A DNA stretch of 64,000 bases from Octopus sinensis (GCF_006345805.1 NC_043006.1:76384001-76448000); one strand, 5' to 3'; shown: positions 44,403 to 57,761, counted from the first letter of the stretch. The notes: generated from the letters alone by a model not told the origin. Program-made: numbers and translations.

Positions 44403-44742
44403 TCAGTTCTATATTCGAGAGAGGAGAAATTATGTACATTATTTACATTATTTACATTCGACGGATATTTGTCCTCATCTTGTTTGTTGTTAGCACATCA
44501 TTTCTGCTGATATACCCTCCAGCCTTCTTCCGGTGTCTTTGGGAAATTTCGAACCAGAGTTCTCATTCCTACGGTATTTTTCGATGCTATTATTATCATT
44601 ATTATTATTATCATTATTATTGTTCAGGTTTACTGGTTGGAATCGAACTCGGAAACTTGGGGTTAGTAGCCCGCGCTCTTAACCACTACGCCATAGGCTC
44701 GTAATAATAATAACATCGAAAAATACCTTAGGAATGAGAACC
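44403..44742 (-). mobile_element. tRNA-headed short element with decayed hammerhead and PLE-type inverted 5' duplication
   Basis: Head 44698-44623 with A box TGGCGTAGTGG and B box GAGTTCGATTCC; (AAT)n; HHR-shaped segment 44535-44494; 3' end shared with 27538-27586; 44702-44742 is an inverted copy of 44559-44596. Confidence 0.75.
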
Positions 44743-44770
44743 TATATATAATATAATATAATATAATATG

Positions 44771-44805
<35 letters not shown>

Positions 44806-44835
44806 GATATTATATTATATATATAATATAATATA

Positions 44836-45606
44836 TCTCTATATATATAAAAGGCAGTTTGTCTGTCTGTGTGTCTGTCAGGTTGTACCCTCACCCTGAC
44901 CACGGCTTTCAACCGATTCTGATGAAACTTGACACACACGTAGCCCAATGTCATGATTCAACACTAACGCAGCGAAAAGTTCGAAAAGTTCCCCCATTTC
45001 TGAGAAAAATTGATAAATTCAACATGGGGTCGAGAATCTAAGCTTATCATATGCAATACATTTTCCATTGTAGTTTTCGTTACTTGCAATCGATTCTCAC
45101 CATGGTGAAACTTAATGTTACCCTAAGAAACTTAATTCTGACGTTAGTTTTCCATACAATACCTTACCATTAAAAAAATCGATAAAATCATGCCATTTTG
45201 GGAAATCGCGTTCAAATTCAAGATGACATATTTTCGACAATATCTTTAACAAATTGGCAGGAATTTTTTTTGAAATTCACAGCGAGCATCATGTCTGCTC
45301 CAGAGAGCTATATGGCCACTTTGATTCCAATAGGTACGTTATTACTGGAAAAAATCGGTTAATTACCTCATATGTAGCACACACGTAGCAAACAAATTTT
45401 TCTGCGATATTTTTTGAAAGCTCACATAGATTTTCCCTATTTCTTCTTGCATGCAAGGGAACGGTGCCTTGAACGCCTTAATGCCTTTTAAGCTTCCTTT
45501 TACAAAATAATGGTTCAATGAGTACAAAAAAAGGTCAAAAGGTAAAGGGCATTGCTTATCGACAAAGTTTCTTACATACACGGGCAACGCCGGGCTAAGC
45601 TGGTAG
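44836..45606 (+). mobile_element. Non-autonomous Helitron
   Basis: 5' TC after A; subterminal GC hairpin CACGGGCAACGCCGGG; ends GTAG|T (CTAG variant); first ~200 bp shared with 51186-51398. Confidence 0.8.
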
Positions 45607-45790
45607 TTATATATATATGTATATATATATATATATATATACAAAGAGCAATAAAGATTCAAGTTAATTTAAAAAAATTTACTTGAATATGGTACCTAAC
45701 TTAGATGCACCAAAAAAAACTATACTGATTTAACAATACAGTAATGTGGGGTGATTATAAGCGAGAAAGAAGCGACAAGAATGGATAGGT

Positions 45791-45881
45791 TTTTAGTACG
45801 ATCGTTTCATACAAGGACAGGTTTTATTAAAAGTTGCAAAGATTACAGCATATAAACGAGTCCCGTACTCATCAGCTAAAA
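45791..45881 (-). ncRNA. Type I hammerhead ribozyme (mirror copy in the palindrome)
   Basis: Reverse complement of 46074-46164. Confidence 0.75.
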
Positions 45882-46073
45882 TACATGTAAGTTCTCTAGA
45901 CATCCTAGTGTTTGAGGCTATACTCATGAAGTAATGTAGATAATTAAACAGATTTCTAAAGTTCATTAAAGTTCTTTAAAGAACTTTAATGAACTTTAGA
46001 AATCTGTTTAATTATCTACATTACTTCATGAGTATAGCCTCAAACACTAGGATGTCTAGAGAACTTACATGTA

Positions 46074-46164
46074 TTTTAGCTGATGAGTACGGGACTCGTT
46101 TATATGCTGTAATCTTTGCAACTTTTAATAAAACCTGTCCTTGTATGAAACGATCGTACTAAAA
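46074..46164 (+). ncRNA. Type I hammerhead ribozyme
   Basis: TTTTAG-CTGATGA-GTACGGGAC...GTCCTTGTAT-GAAA-CGATCG-TA-CTAAAA; 6-bp stem I, stem II closed by G.U, palindromic stem III, GUA triplet. Confidence 0.75.
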
Positions 46165-46193
46165 ACCTATCCATTCTTGTCGCTTCTTTCTCG

Positions 46194-46235
<42 letters not shown>

Positions 46236-46270
46236 TATATAAGTTTGCATGTATGTACACAAACACACAA

Positions 46271-46885
<615 letters not shown>

Positions 46886-47364
46886 TATATATATATATAT
46901 AATTCTTTGCTCTCTGAACAATTAGACTATATTTTTGAACATAATTTGATTTTAATCCTGTCAAAGTTATGATTCTATCTGATAGCATACAACTGAAAAG
47001 TCTTCTTAATTAAATGAAATATTTTTCTTTTCATTTAATTGTGATTATCATCTCTACAATATCGTCTCTCATCCTGATAATTAGCATTAATCTTAAACAT
47101 TATTATTTTGTTTTTGTAAATGTAATTAAATCATGAAAGAATTAAGCTCCGTTGTACAGTGACAACTAAACATCAATTGCTTTTAATCAGGTATTTCACA
47201 CAGCCCACTGCAAGATGAAACAAAGTACTGTGATATGCAGCAGTGGAATAATTAGTAAAATATGTGTCAATTGTCAGTTATTCCGTAGCGTCAAGTAATT
47301 TTCATAAAAATGTTATTGTTTATTTCATATCGGATGTAATGAGAACATAATCGCAAATATTGTG

Positions 47365-47997
47365 ACCACCTTCGGTCATGAATGACTATGGGATTGCACC
47401 TAGAAAGCTACTCTCCGAGGCACAAGTCTGGGCAAGGTTGTTTATGGAAGACCAGCAGTCGCCCATGCATACCGGTCTCCCTTCTCCAGGCCACCGATGT
47501 TATCCAAGGGAAAGGCAAAGGCCGATACAGCTTGGCACCAGTGACGTCGCAGCTCATTTATTAACGTGCAAGTGGCTGAGCACTCCACATGCGTGTATCC
47601 TTAACGTTGTTCCCAGAGAGATTCAGCGTGACAAGGAGTGTGACTAGGCTGGCCCTTTGAAGTACAGGTACAACAGAAACAGGAAGAAAGCCTACGCTCT
47701 TCGACAGCAAGTTACACAGAAAAAGACAAGGAGAGAAACAAGGAGAGAAAAAAAGGAGAGAAAAGAGGAGAGAAGAAAAAGGAGAGAAAAAATGCTTGTA
47801 GGAGCTAACAATCACTCTTTTACTTGTTTCAGAGTGATACATATATACGACGGGCTTCTTTCAGTATCCGTCTATCAAATTTAGTCAGCCTGAGGCTATA
47901 GTAGAAGACACTTGCCTAAGGTGCCAAGCAGTGGGATTGAACCTGGAACCATGTGGTTGGTAAGCAAGCTACCGACCACAGAGTCACTCCTGCACCT
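47365..47997 (-). mobile_element. Composite of four truncated retroposons (SINE D tail, SINE C body, PLE 3' piece, SINE A)
   Basis: 47365-47560 matches 54312-54508; 47561-47685 is the family C reverse complement; 47686-47800 matches 9615-9680; 47815-47997 is an internally deleted family A copy. Confidence 0.8.
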
Positions 47998-47999
47998 AA

Positions 48000-48051
<52 letters not shown>

Positions 48052-48129
48052 TGATATGCGTTTGCTTGTGTTCGGGTGAGTTTGTGTGTGTGTATGCAAA
48101 TATGATCTTTTGACAAGTTTTTTACTTAG

Positions 48130-48272
48130 TCTGGCAGGGTTTCTAACAACCCTCCTCCTCAGGCTATCCCGCTGCAAGTGCTAGTTTTCCAACTACCCGA
48201 CCATGCAATATGTTGTACTGGATTCTATGTTATCAGTAGCACTCGTAAAATACTTCATGAGTTATCTGACCA
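48130..48272. repeat. Interspersed repeat also at 62675-62820
   Basis: Shared gtttctaaca.ccctcctc...atgttgtactggattc.atgtta.cagtagcact. Confidence 0.65.
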
Positions 48273-49081
48273 AATAAAAAGAAAAGTGGATACCTGAATC
48301 CACTGAATGTTCAATGACTCTAGCAATATCATTGGCACTCAGAACTTGCGGACAGGTTACCGGCGTGCTGGGTGACCACCGAGATTGAAGCATTCCTCAG
48401 CTTTTATTAATGTATATCTTTTGATGGTCACTGATATAAAAACGAATATATAGACAATGTTATTGGACATTTTTGGTATATTTTGCTTCCACTTGAGATT
48501 ATCATGCTCCGTCTCTCCTGAGCATACGAACCCATATGTTGCCTATATTTGTCTCTGGATCGTGTCAATAGGGTAGATAGGGTCTTTGATGTGTTGTGCA
48601 AAGCTATTAGACCTAAATGTTTCCACAAGCCTAGATTTATCAGTAATGGCTTACATGTCTGCTAGCCGAAAGCCGTCATGTATGTATGTATATATGCATC
48701 AACACGTGTTTAGAATATAAAGAATTATAATAATGTTAATTGTTTACTTAACTATAAAGGAAGCCGGAATCTTCTTTTGAATATGGTTCCTGTTAATACA
48801 AATTAAAACAAGCTCAAAACGTACAACATACAAGACTCTACTTTTATCATCCCTAACATGATTTGCATATCTCTAAACCGTTTGTAACATATTCACAACA
48901 CTCTTTTACATACGTGTTAATATGGTATGATCTATGTTTTTCTGTATTAAGACAACAATTCTTCAAGTGTGTATGTGCGCCTCACGCTTTATACAAATGT
49001 CTATCATAAGTGTTCAATTTGAAATTACAGCGAAAATAAATATCAGTATCAAAATTTACTGAAATATATAATCAATGAGAA

Positions 49082-49317
49082 AGGCGGCGAGCTGGCAGAG
49101 AGGTTAGCACGCCGGGCGAAGTGCTTCGCGGTATTTCGCCCGTTGCTACGTTCTGAGTTCAAATTCCGCCGAGGTTGACTTTGCCTTTCATCCTTTCGAA
49201 GTCGATATATTAAGTACCAGTTACGCTCTGGGGTCGATGTAATCGGCTTAATCCGTTTGTCTGTCCTTTTTGTCCCCTCTATGTTTAGCCCGTTGTGGGT
49301 AGTAAAGAAGCATGTAT
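49082..49317 (+). mobile_element. Full-length Nin-domain SINE family B
   Basis: TSD ATCAATGAGAAA at 49071-49082 and 49318-49329. Confidence 0.92.
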
Positions 49318-51185
49318 ATCAATGAGAAAAATATACTAAGTGCCGTCATCAATTTCTACTACAAAAATAGTGCATGTCCATTAAAATAAAATTCATTACA
49401 ACAATTATCGCGTCTTTAGAGAAATTTTCTCAGCGACTTCTGATCACGACGATGGCGTTCTATTGGAATGCTTTTATCTATTTTTGTAGAGTGTTTCTAA
49501 ATAAAATATCTGATTTTCCTTCTCAATGGTAGAAATGTTTTCACATCTGCCGAACTGAAGTGAAATTTATTAATCATTTATGTTGCGGTAAGTTTGGCTA
49601 CCAATATATTTGACGTATTTTTGGCTGATATATGTGTCTAAGAATTTATTTCTTCAACAGCTATCTCGGCCAATAATTTTTTGAGCAGTAACTTATTATA
49701 GTCTTACATTGTTAGTATAAATAGCATTGCACATTAAATACAATAAATTATTTTTTCAATTTGCTAAAGTTACATGAATATATTTTACCAGAATTTTGCA
49801 GTGAAGAGCGCCATAAAATATAAGATCCAACTCAAATAAGAAAATTTATAGCTCTTTAAAATTGATTTGGCTAATGAAGTACATTATTATTTATTTAATT
49901 TTATTCTCGGAAACGTTATAAAATTGTTCTTAGTGCCATTTTCTTTTTTAAATATATTTACAACAAAAATACTGTTGAGATAGAAAATTATAGGGATGGA
50001 TGTGTGAAAGGAGGAACTTTACCAAATGATGGAAGTATAGAAGCTGAGAAGACCAGAATAATCGGTAGTAAAATTAACTGCGAAAATTACCGATTTATTG
50101 CAGTTGCAACATCCAGTCACCATCTCTTCTACGTGCTTATATCATTTTTTTTTATTTAAATGGCTTCACCACGATTGATCATAGATCTAATCAATGAGGG
50201 ATGATCAAAATCTAAGAACAGCATAAACATTAACTTACAACACAGACAGCCACGCCGTTTCTCATTTGCTACTGTCTCCATCGCGAATTATAGTGGCCTC
50301 CGCCGCCGCCACTAACACTGCCACCGGTAATAGCAATCTATACACCTCTACCGTAGCGACTATAGCCTCTGTTGTTAATAGAGGCTGCAACATAGTTACT
50401 AAGGCTTTCTACAAGTAGAAATGCCCGCCTTCTATTTGTGAGTCAACGCGGTGCATGGAGATCGAAATAAACGACAGATATGAAAAAAAAATTTAGAGAG
50501 CTTATAAAAATCTATGGATATTCTTTGTATCAGCAGCCGTTCTAAAAAAATATAATCCCGTTTTAAATTTTGGCAAAATGCCATCAATTTTGGGGTAGGG
50601 TGCTAGTCGATTACATCGACCACGGTAGTCAACTGGTACATATTTATCGATCTCCAAAGGATGACATATCGACGGTGTTTCAACTCAGAATTTAAAAGCA
50701 GAATAAATGCCACAAAGCAGCTTTCCTTACCTGCTAAAGATCCTGCCAGATCGCCGCCTTAGTATGCTTGTGTATATACTGTAGAAATATGTTGGAGGAA
50801 TAAACTGATTCTGTCACAAATGAAAATATCTTGAAATGAGGTCGACTTTGACTTTCATCCTTTCGGGGTCGATAAATTAAAAACCAGTTGTGTAATGGGG
50901 TCCATGTAATCTACTTAATCCCTTCCCTCAAATTTGAGGCCTTGTGCCACCAATAGAAAGGATAATTATTTTAATTAATGCGGTGAGCTGGCAGAATCGT
51001 TTTGTCACTAGACCAAATCCTTAACGGTATTTCCCCCGTTCTAAGTTCAAATTCTGCCGAGGTCGAATTTGTCCTTCTTCCTTTCGGGGCCGATAAAATA
51101 AGTACCAGTCAAGTACTGTGGTCTATGTGAACGATTGTCTCCTCCCCATAAGATCCAGGCCTTGTGCCTATAGTAAAACGGATTA

Positions 51186-51558
51186 TCTCTCTCTATATAT
51201 AAACGGCAGTTTGTCTGTGTGTGTTTCTGTGTGTCTGTTAGGTTGTACCCTCACCCTGACCACGGCTTTCAACCGATTCTGATGAAACTTGACACACACA
51301 TAGCCCAATGTCATAATTCAAAACTAACGCAGCGAAAATTTTGAAAAGTTCCCCCAGTTCTGAAAAAAATCGATAAATTCGACATGGGGTCGAGAATCAG
51401 AAACACAAACCACAGACTGTCTAGGGGACACAACTCGACCTTTTTAACTAAAAAAAAAAATTACCATCATTTTTTTCCATTTTTTGGCTATAACTCTCTA
51501 AAAATGCTTTATAGTTATTTCCCTTACAAACCCGAGCAACGCCGGGCGATACTGCTAG
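51186..51558 (+). mobile_element. Non-autonomous Helitron
   Basis: A|TC...CTAG|T insertion with no TSD; subterminal hairpin CCCGAGCAACGCCGGG just before CTAG. Confidence 0.9.
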
Positions 51559-52232
51559 TTATTATTAAAATGTTAGTGTGCTGGGCGAAATATTTATCGG
51601 TATTTCGCCCGTGTCTACGTTGAGAGTTCAGATTCCACCGAGGTCGACTTTACCTTTTATCCTTTTGGGGTTAATAAGTACCAGTGAAATACTGGGGTTG
51701 ATGAAATCGATTCATCCCGTACCCCCGCCTGTTGCTAGGTTCTGAGTTTAAATTTCGCCATGGTCGACTTTGCCTTTCATAACTTCGGCGTCGATAAATT
51801 AAGAACCAAGAGAGTATCTGGGTCGATGTAATCGTCTTAATGATTGCCCCAGGCCTTGTACCTTTAGTAGGAAGGATAATTATTATAATAAGTTTTCAGT
51901 AATTTTACTACAATTATGATAACTACCCTCAGTTTTTTATTATTAACCTTTCAGACAGTGAGCTGGAAGGATCTTTAGCACGCTGGACTAAATGATACAC
52001 GTCATTTCGTCCGCCTTTACATTTGGAATTAAAATCTGTCGATGTTGATTTTAGCGTTCATCCCTTCTGGGTCGATAAAATAGGTACTATTTGAGCACTT
52101 GGATCGATATAATCGGCTTGCTCCTCCGTCGAAATTGCTGGATTTGTGCCAAAATTTGCAACAACTATTATTACAAAGTTGATTAGTGTTTGCATTAATT
52201 TGACTATAATTATGACTACTACAAACATTATT

Positions 52233-52503
52233 GTGTGGAGGCCCATGGCCTAGTGGTTAGAGTAGCGGACTCGCGTTCGAGGGATCGCGGGTTCGAATCT
52301 CAGACCAGGCAACGTTTGCGTTTATGAGCAAAGCACCTATGCGGCTCCGGCAGTAGATAATGGCGAACTTCTGCTGACTCTTTTGCCACAACTTCCTCTC
52401 ACTCTTTCCTCTTGCAGCTGTCCGGTTGGGGAACCTATACGCCAAGGAAACCTGGAAACCGGCCCTATGAGCCAGGCGTGGCTCAAGAAGGAACAAACAA
52501 CAA
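52233..52503 (+). mobile_element. tRNA(Arg)-like SINE with family C head and a different 3' tail
   Basis: TGGCCTAGTGG A box, GGTTCGAATCT B box; head similar to 5141-5330; 3' part similar to 38280-38365. Confidence 0.8.
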
Positions 52504-53701
52504 CTAACATTATTACTATTATATTTTCAGGCGATGAGCAAGCAGCCACATTAATATATCGGACAAAATGCTTAGCGGCATGTTGTTCCTCTTATACTCT
52601 GAGTTCAAATTCCGCTGGGGTCAAATATGCCTTCCATTGTTTAGGAGTGTTTAAAATATATAAACAGTTTTTAAAGACTAGGGCAAATGTAATTGGGTTA
52701 TACCCTTCCCTAAAAATACTGACCTTGTGCCAAGATTTTGAACCATTAGTACTGTTATCTTACTATCGTTATTCTCCTTTCCACACAATTTGTAAATATA
52801 TCTTTAATGTCGCTGAACAGAATCATTTATGAGCCTCAACAAATAATGTATTTTATTGCTGTACGGTTTACTACTAAATTGCGTAGCGCTGATATTTCAT
52901 TTTTCTCACAATCTATTTTTGTTCACTGCATGAAGAATCTTAAAATTCATGTGTTCAGTGCAAGTGCATTAATGAGCTGCACAACACGCTTGCAGTTATT
53001 ATGAAGATGCATTCTTGTAGCATAATGTTTGTCTTCAAGTTTAGTCCATCGTTTTTCACTGGCTTGTTATTGCTGCATGTGGTTGCGTTCTATGAGCCAT
53101 GGTATATTTAGAATACAAATGATTATGTACTGCTGGATACGCACTTAATATGAACTGCAAAGGATCCAAGAACAAAAATAAATGCCCAAGAAAATATAAA
53201 TGATATTTGCTTCCAGGGATGTTTTATATCTTTAAGTTTAAACGATGTAAATGTCTTCTCACCATGAGGAGAATTTTTACTCTCTTTTTCTTTCTGAAAA
53301 GTCTTAAATCCATTTTGCACAACTGTGTACAGATATGTATACATAATATTCATACAGGGGTTTTCTTTTGAGAGGGTATATTACCATTGCAATGCAGTTC
53401 TTGTGCATGGTATGTGTAACGCCTTATAATAGTGCGATTTGTGTGGTTGTAGATATGCACGTCTCTGCTATAATTCATGTGTACACATTTCCATGTAAAT
53501 TATCGAATGTAAAGGTGAACAAGAATATATTTAGTCATAAACATTTCTTTTTTACCTTTTGAGTTAAAGTTTACGTAGAAAATTGGCATTTCCTAGGATT
53601 TTTTTTTCCGCATTCCACCTTTAGCAATGTAAACCTTTTCCAGGCAGTTCAGAGAGTATGTATTTCTTCTGCGCGTTGCAATTCGTTTAATTGTATTCAA
53701 T

Positions 53702-53831
<130 letters not shown>

Positions 53832-53848
53832 GATGTATAATATATATA

Positions 53849-54204
53849 CAGGGCGATTCAAAAGTCGCCATATATAGGAACAATTTATCTGCTTATAAGA
53901 AGCAGTTCATAAGAACAGTTTCTTTTATTTATTTAACAGGCTCTGTATGGTTACCATTGTTTTCAATACACATTGCAACTCGTTTAGCCCACTCTTTGGG
54001 AACTCGTAAAAGCACATTTGGTGATACGGGTGCAAATTAGTTGGTGATGCGTTTCTTCAAATGGTCTACGTCTTTTATCTTTCTGTGATACACCGTGCCT
54101 TTCAAATGCCCCCAAAGATAGAAATCAAAAGGGGTCAGATCAGGGTATCTAGGTGATCTTATAAATCGTTTTTATCCCATGTATGAAAACTTTTAAATCA
54201 CCCC
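53849..54204 (-). mobile_element. Internally deleted Tc1/mariner element with both TIRs
   Basis: Left TIR CAGGGCGATTCAAAAGTCGCCATA after TA, imperfectly inverted at the right end (TATGAAAACTTTTAAATCACCCC); minus peptide SPRYPDLTPFDFYLLGHLKGTVY...KRVAMCIENNGNHTE. Confidence 0.88.
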
Positions 54205-54247
54205 TATCTCACTCTCTCTCTCTGTCTCTCTCTCTCTCTCTGTCTCA

Positions 54248-54301
<54 letters not shown>

Positions 54302-54305
<4 letters not shown>

Positions 54306-54643
54306 GGTAAAGACCCCCTTCGGTCATGAATGACCATGGGATTGCACCTAGAAAGTTACCCTCCTAGACACAAGTCCGGGCAAGGTTGTTTATGGAAGGC
54401 TAGCGGTCGCCCATGCATACCAGCCTCCCCTCTCCACGCCACCAGTGTTATCCAAGGGAAAGACAAAGGTCGATACAGCTTGGCACCTGTGACGTCGCAA
54501 CTCATTTCTACAGCTGAGTGAACTGGAGCAACGTGAAATAAAATGCCTTGCTCGAGAACACAACACGCAGCCCGGTCCGGGATTCGAGCTCACAACCTCA
54601 CGATCGTAAGCTCGACGCTTTAACCACTGAGCCATGCGCCTTC
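54302..54643 (-). mobile_element. Full-length tRNA-derived SINE family D
   Basis: A box TGGCTCAGTGG, B box GCTCGAATCCC, conserved central domain, CTTTACCCTTT tail; partial copy at 47365-47560. Confidence 0.9.
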
Positions 54644-54664
54644 ATATATATAAACATATGCATA

Positions 54665-54965
54665 TATGGGTAGAGGACGTCACCAAAAGTAAAAGACATG
54701 AAATACGAAATCAAATGACTTCAATACACAAAAATGAGCGAAACAACAAATGGAGAATAGGACAAGTGACACAAAGAATGACCCTTCATCAGTTGTAAGC
54801 TGTATATATACTCCTTATTTCGAACATTGAGCGACAATATGAGTCTTCGAAGACAGTTGCTCTCGTAAATACCAGAAAAGTTGGGAACAAAAGCAGGGCA
54901 GAGGTGACGTGCAAGAAAAACGCACGGAAACAAGCATGGGGAGTCGTAAGACCAGACTAAGAGCA
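54665..54965 (-). mobile_element. Probable PLE-type 3' fragment with half hammerhead (CTGATGAAGGG)
   Basis: Minus strand ACAACTGATGAAGGG at ~54797-54783; no downstream GAAA before the flanking (AT) tract. Confidence 0.35.
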
Positions 54966-55309
54966 AAAAAGTAGGCCGTCATTTCCACAGATCTCGAAAT
55001 GGATCATTCTTACCAAATTGCCATGGCGTCTTTTCTATTCCCGTTTTGCCAATTTTGGGCATTCTCTAACAATATGCCATACCGTTTCACCCCTCTCACC
55101 ACATATTCCGCATTTGTCGTTATGTGTAGTGTTTTCTATTCTGCCCTTCATATAATTGGTCCTTAACGCTTGCTCCTGAGCTACACATATTAGTGCTTCA
55201 GGTCACCAATCCTGTCTTGGCGTTCAATTCTTTTGCAAACTAACCGTACATTTTCTTTAACTTCCATGCTTTTTCATTTTGTTTAAATTTTTCTTTAATT
55301 ATTAAGATT

Positions 55310-55803
55310 ATTGAGTGAGAGACCAGTGCACGCTAGCAAACTGACACTGGAGTAAAATATACGAGAGCTATCATGACTACCCGCCTGATAAGAGTATACC
55401 AGGCACATGCTTCACAACCATATGTACGCGATATAGTGATCTCATACCAAGATAAATAGCGCATGACCTTGAAGTCGGGGTCCAGTTAGAATGGTCCCTG
55501 AATAAGGATTGCTAAAGAATGTTGAACAAAATACCCATTTTTCCTAATGTGAATTATCCAAACTACCAAAATGTCTCTCAATACGTGTTTATGATGCTCC
55601 CCAACTACTTCAGCTCGTGATCTGAGATGCACATATCGACGGCCACTAAGCGACATGCTCAACAGTTTAAGGTGAAGCAACTGACAAGCAAATCTGTTGT
55701 ACTGAGCAAGATATTTGCTATAGCTCATCTTTTACACCAAAATAAAACAATGTACATGATAACACTTCCAGTCAGAGCCGCTGTCTGGTATTGCATCGGG
55801 GTA
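55310..55803 (-). mobile_element. Second copy of family E retroposon
   Basis: Colinear with 20657-21212, with deletions. Confidence 0.8.
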
Positions 55804-55829
55804 TGCTTATTCTTCTTCTTATTATTATT

Positions 55830-56039
55830 GGCAGTGCGCTGGCAGAATCGTTTGCACGCGAGAAAAAATAGTTAGCAGTATTTCATTTGTCTGCACATTT
55901 TGAGATCAAATTCCCTTCAGATTGACTTTGCCTTCCATCGTCTCAGGGTCGATAAACAAGTACTAGTTGAGCATTGGAGTCGATTTAGTCGACTTATCTC
56001 CTCACCCAACTTTCAAGCCTTATGTCTACAGTAGAAATG

Positions 56040-56082
<43 letters not shown>
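55830..56082 (+). mobile_element. Old Nin-domain SINE with (ATT)n tail
   Basis: gctggcagaatcgtt...gactttgccttccatcg..ggggtcgataaa. Confidence 0.7.
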
Positions 56083-57275
56083 GAAGTGCCTCGTTAATTA
56101 TGAATTCGTTGCAAGGGTTCACATGAGCAATGAGTGGTTTACTTGAATGCCTTGTAGCTCTTGTGAAGTATATTGAGAAAGAAGTACGTAAGATATAGAC
56201 ATTACTGTAAGAAGGGAAACGAACCTCATTTTCAGATTGAATTTTGATGAAAATCTGTTTGACCGGCTACATTTCTCACTTCAAGGTGTTCAATAGAACT
56301 GCTAGATGTCTGCAATTATCGGTATGTTACCTTCCTCGTAGCTGCATTTTATTTTTTAATTAATTGTAATATTTCAAATCTAGACTTGTTTCTTCTTATT
56401 GACAGTAATTACTAAATTACTGAAGTAATAATTTCCCCTCATTAATAACGAGTGTACTTATAAATAATGTCCCTCTGTCTATTTCATTAAAAATGTTAAC
56501 GACTTCTTTATGATGAATAATCTACAGGTAAACATGTTAAATGCATGATGTTAAAGTTCATTGTTTTATTGCTATGTTATTGTTTTATTGTTACATTGCG
56601 ACAGAACTTTACAAAAAATAGTGGCATCATATTTGAGTAAGGAAATGTATGACAAATCTTATCCTTTCATTGATTAAAAGGAGACGAAAAAATGGAGTGT
56701 AATAAGGAAATAATTTATGAAGATCAAAAAAGCTTAAAAACTAAAGGTTTTAAAATATGGAAGAATGGGAAAGTGAATTAAAAGTGAATGAAGGGACAAA
56801 AAAGATAGAGAAAGCGAGAGACTGAAAGAAAACGATTTTCTCTAACTTAATAGTAAGAATGTCTAATTCATCTGTAGAGAGTGCAATTATATTTTATGTA
56901 AAATATTTCACATATTTTACAACAAAACGGACTTATGATTAAATTTGTACAGACATGAGAAAACAAACGAGACAGAAATAAGAAAATTTCCTGCTTAAAG
57001 ATAAGATTCGAATACAAAAGTTTTCATAAAGCAGAGAAGAATTAGAAGTGTAGACATTAAGGCTCTGCATGAGAAATAAAATAAATATTCCTGGCGGTTT
57101 TTCTATTGAGTTTTCCATATTTATTGTTTTAAAAAAATCATCACATTTCTTCCAAAATTTTAACCGTAAGGAAGACGAGTCTGAAATTGCATACATCCGT
57201 ACACAAATATTATTTACACATTATATATATAAAGATATATATATGTATACATATAAATATATATATATATACATA

Positions 57276-57349
<74 letters not shown>

Positions 57350-57353
<4 letters not shown>

Positions 57354-57550
57354 ATCCAAACATGAACAAAAAGAAAACACAACAGTGCGAGTACATGGAA
57401 CAAGTATAGTGCTATTGGACGCTCAGGAAAGAAAAGACAGAAAGAGGATTTAACGTTTCGAGCGGAGCTCTTCGTCAGAAACATAGAAAAAGGAAAGGTC
57501 CAAGTAAGGGAAGACGGAGAAAGAAAATCGCCAACGATACACACGCGGTC
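57350..57550 (-). mobile_element. PLE 3'-end fragment between (AT)n and (GATA)n
   Basis: Related to 9502-9683; carries an intact minimal HHR. Confidence 0.65.
57449..57481 (-). ncRNA. Minimal type I hammerhead ribozyme
   Basis: TTT-CTGACGA-A-GAGC(TCC)GCTC-GAAA-CG-TT-AAA; palindromic AACGTT in place of stem III. Confidence 0.7.
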
Positions 57551-57562
57551 TGATAGACAGAC

Positions 57563-57619
<57 letters not shown>

Positions 57620-57628
57620 TATATATAT

Positions 57629-57704
<76 letters not shown>

Positions 57705-57721
57705 TTAGATAGACAGATAGA

Positions 57722-57758
<37 letters not shown>

Positions 57759-57761
57759 GAA

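Larger units (their letters stand above)
45756..46199. repeat. 444-bp perfect spacerless palindrome (head-to-head PLE-type 3' ends)
   Basis: Symmetry centre 45977/45978 (GTTCTTT|AAAGAAC); no mismatch seen by eye in the 222-bp arms. Confidence 0.95.
50560..52760 (+). mobile_element. Dense array of ~7 old Nin-domain SINE remnants (mostly +)
   Basis: Repeated gtcgacttt.cctttcatcctttcggggtcgataaa.taag.acca core at ~50840, 51060, 51640, 51762, 52050 and 52620; one minus copy at 50560-50760. Confidence 0.8.

Noticed and set aside
44915-44932. CTGATGAAAC in both Helitrons (also ~51279) as a hammerhead
   Set aside because: There is no stem II between CTGATGA and GAAA and no stem I/III pairing; it is part of the shared Helitron 5' sequence.
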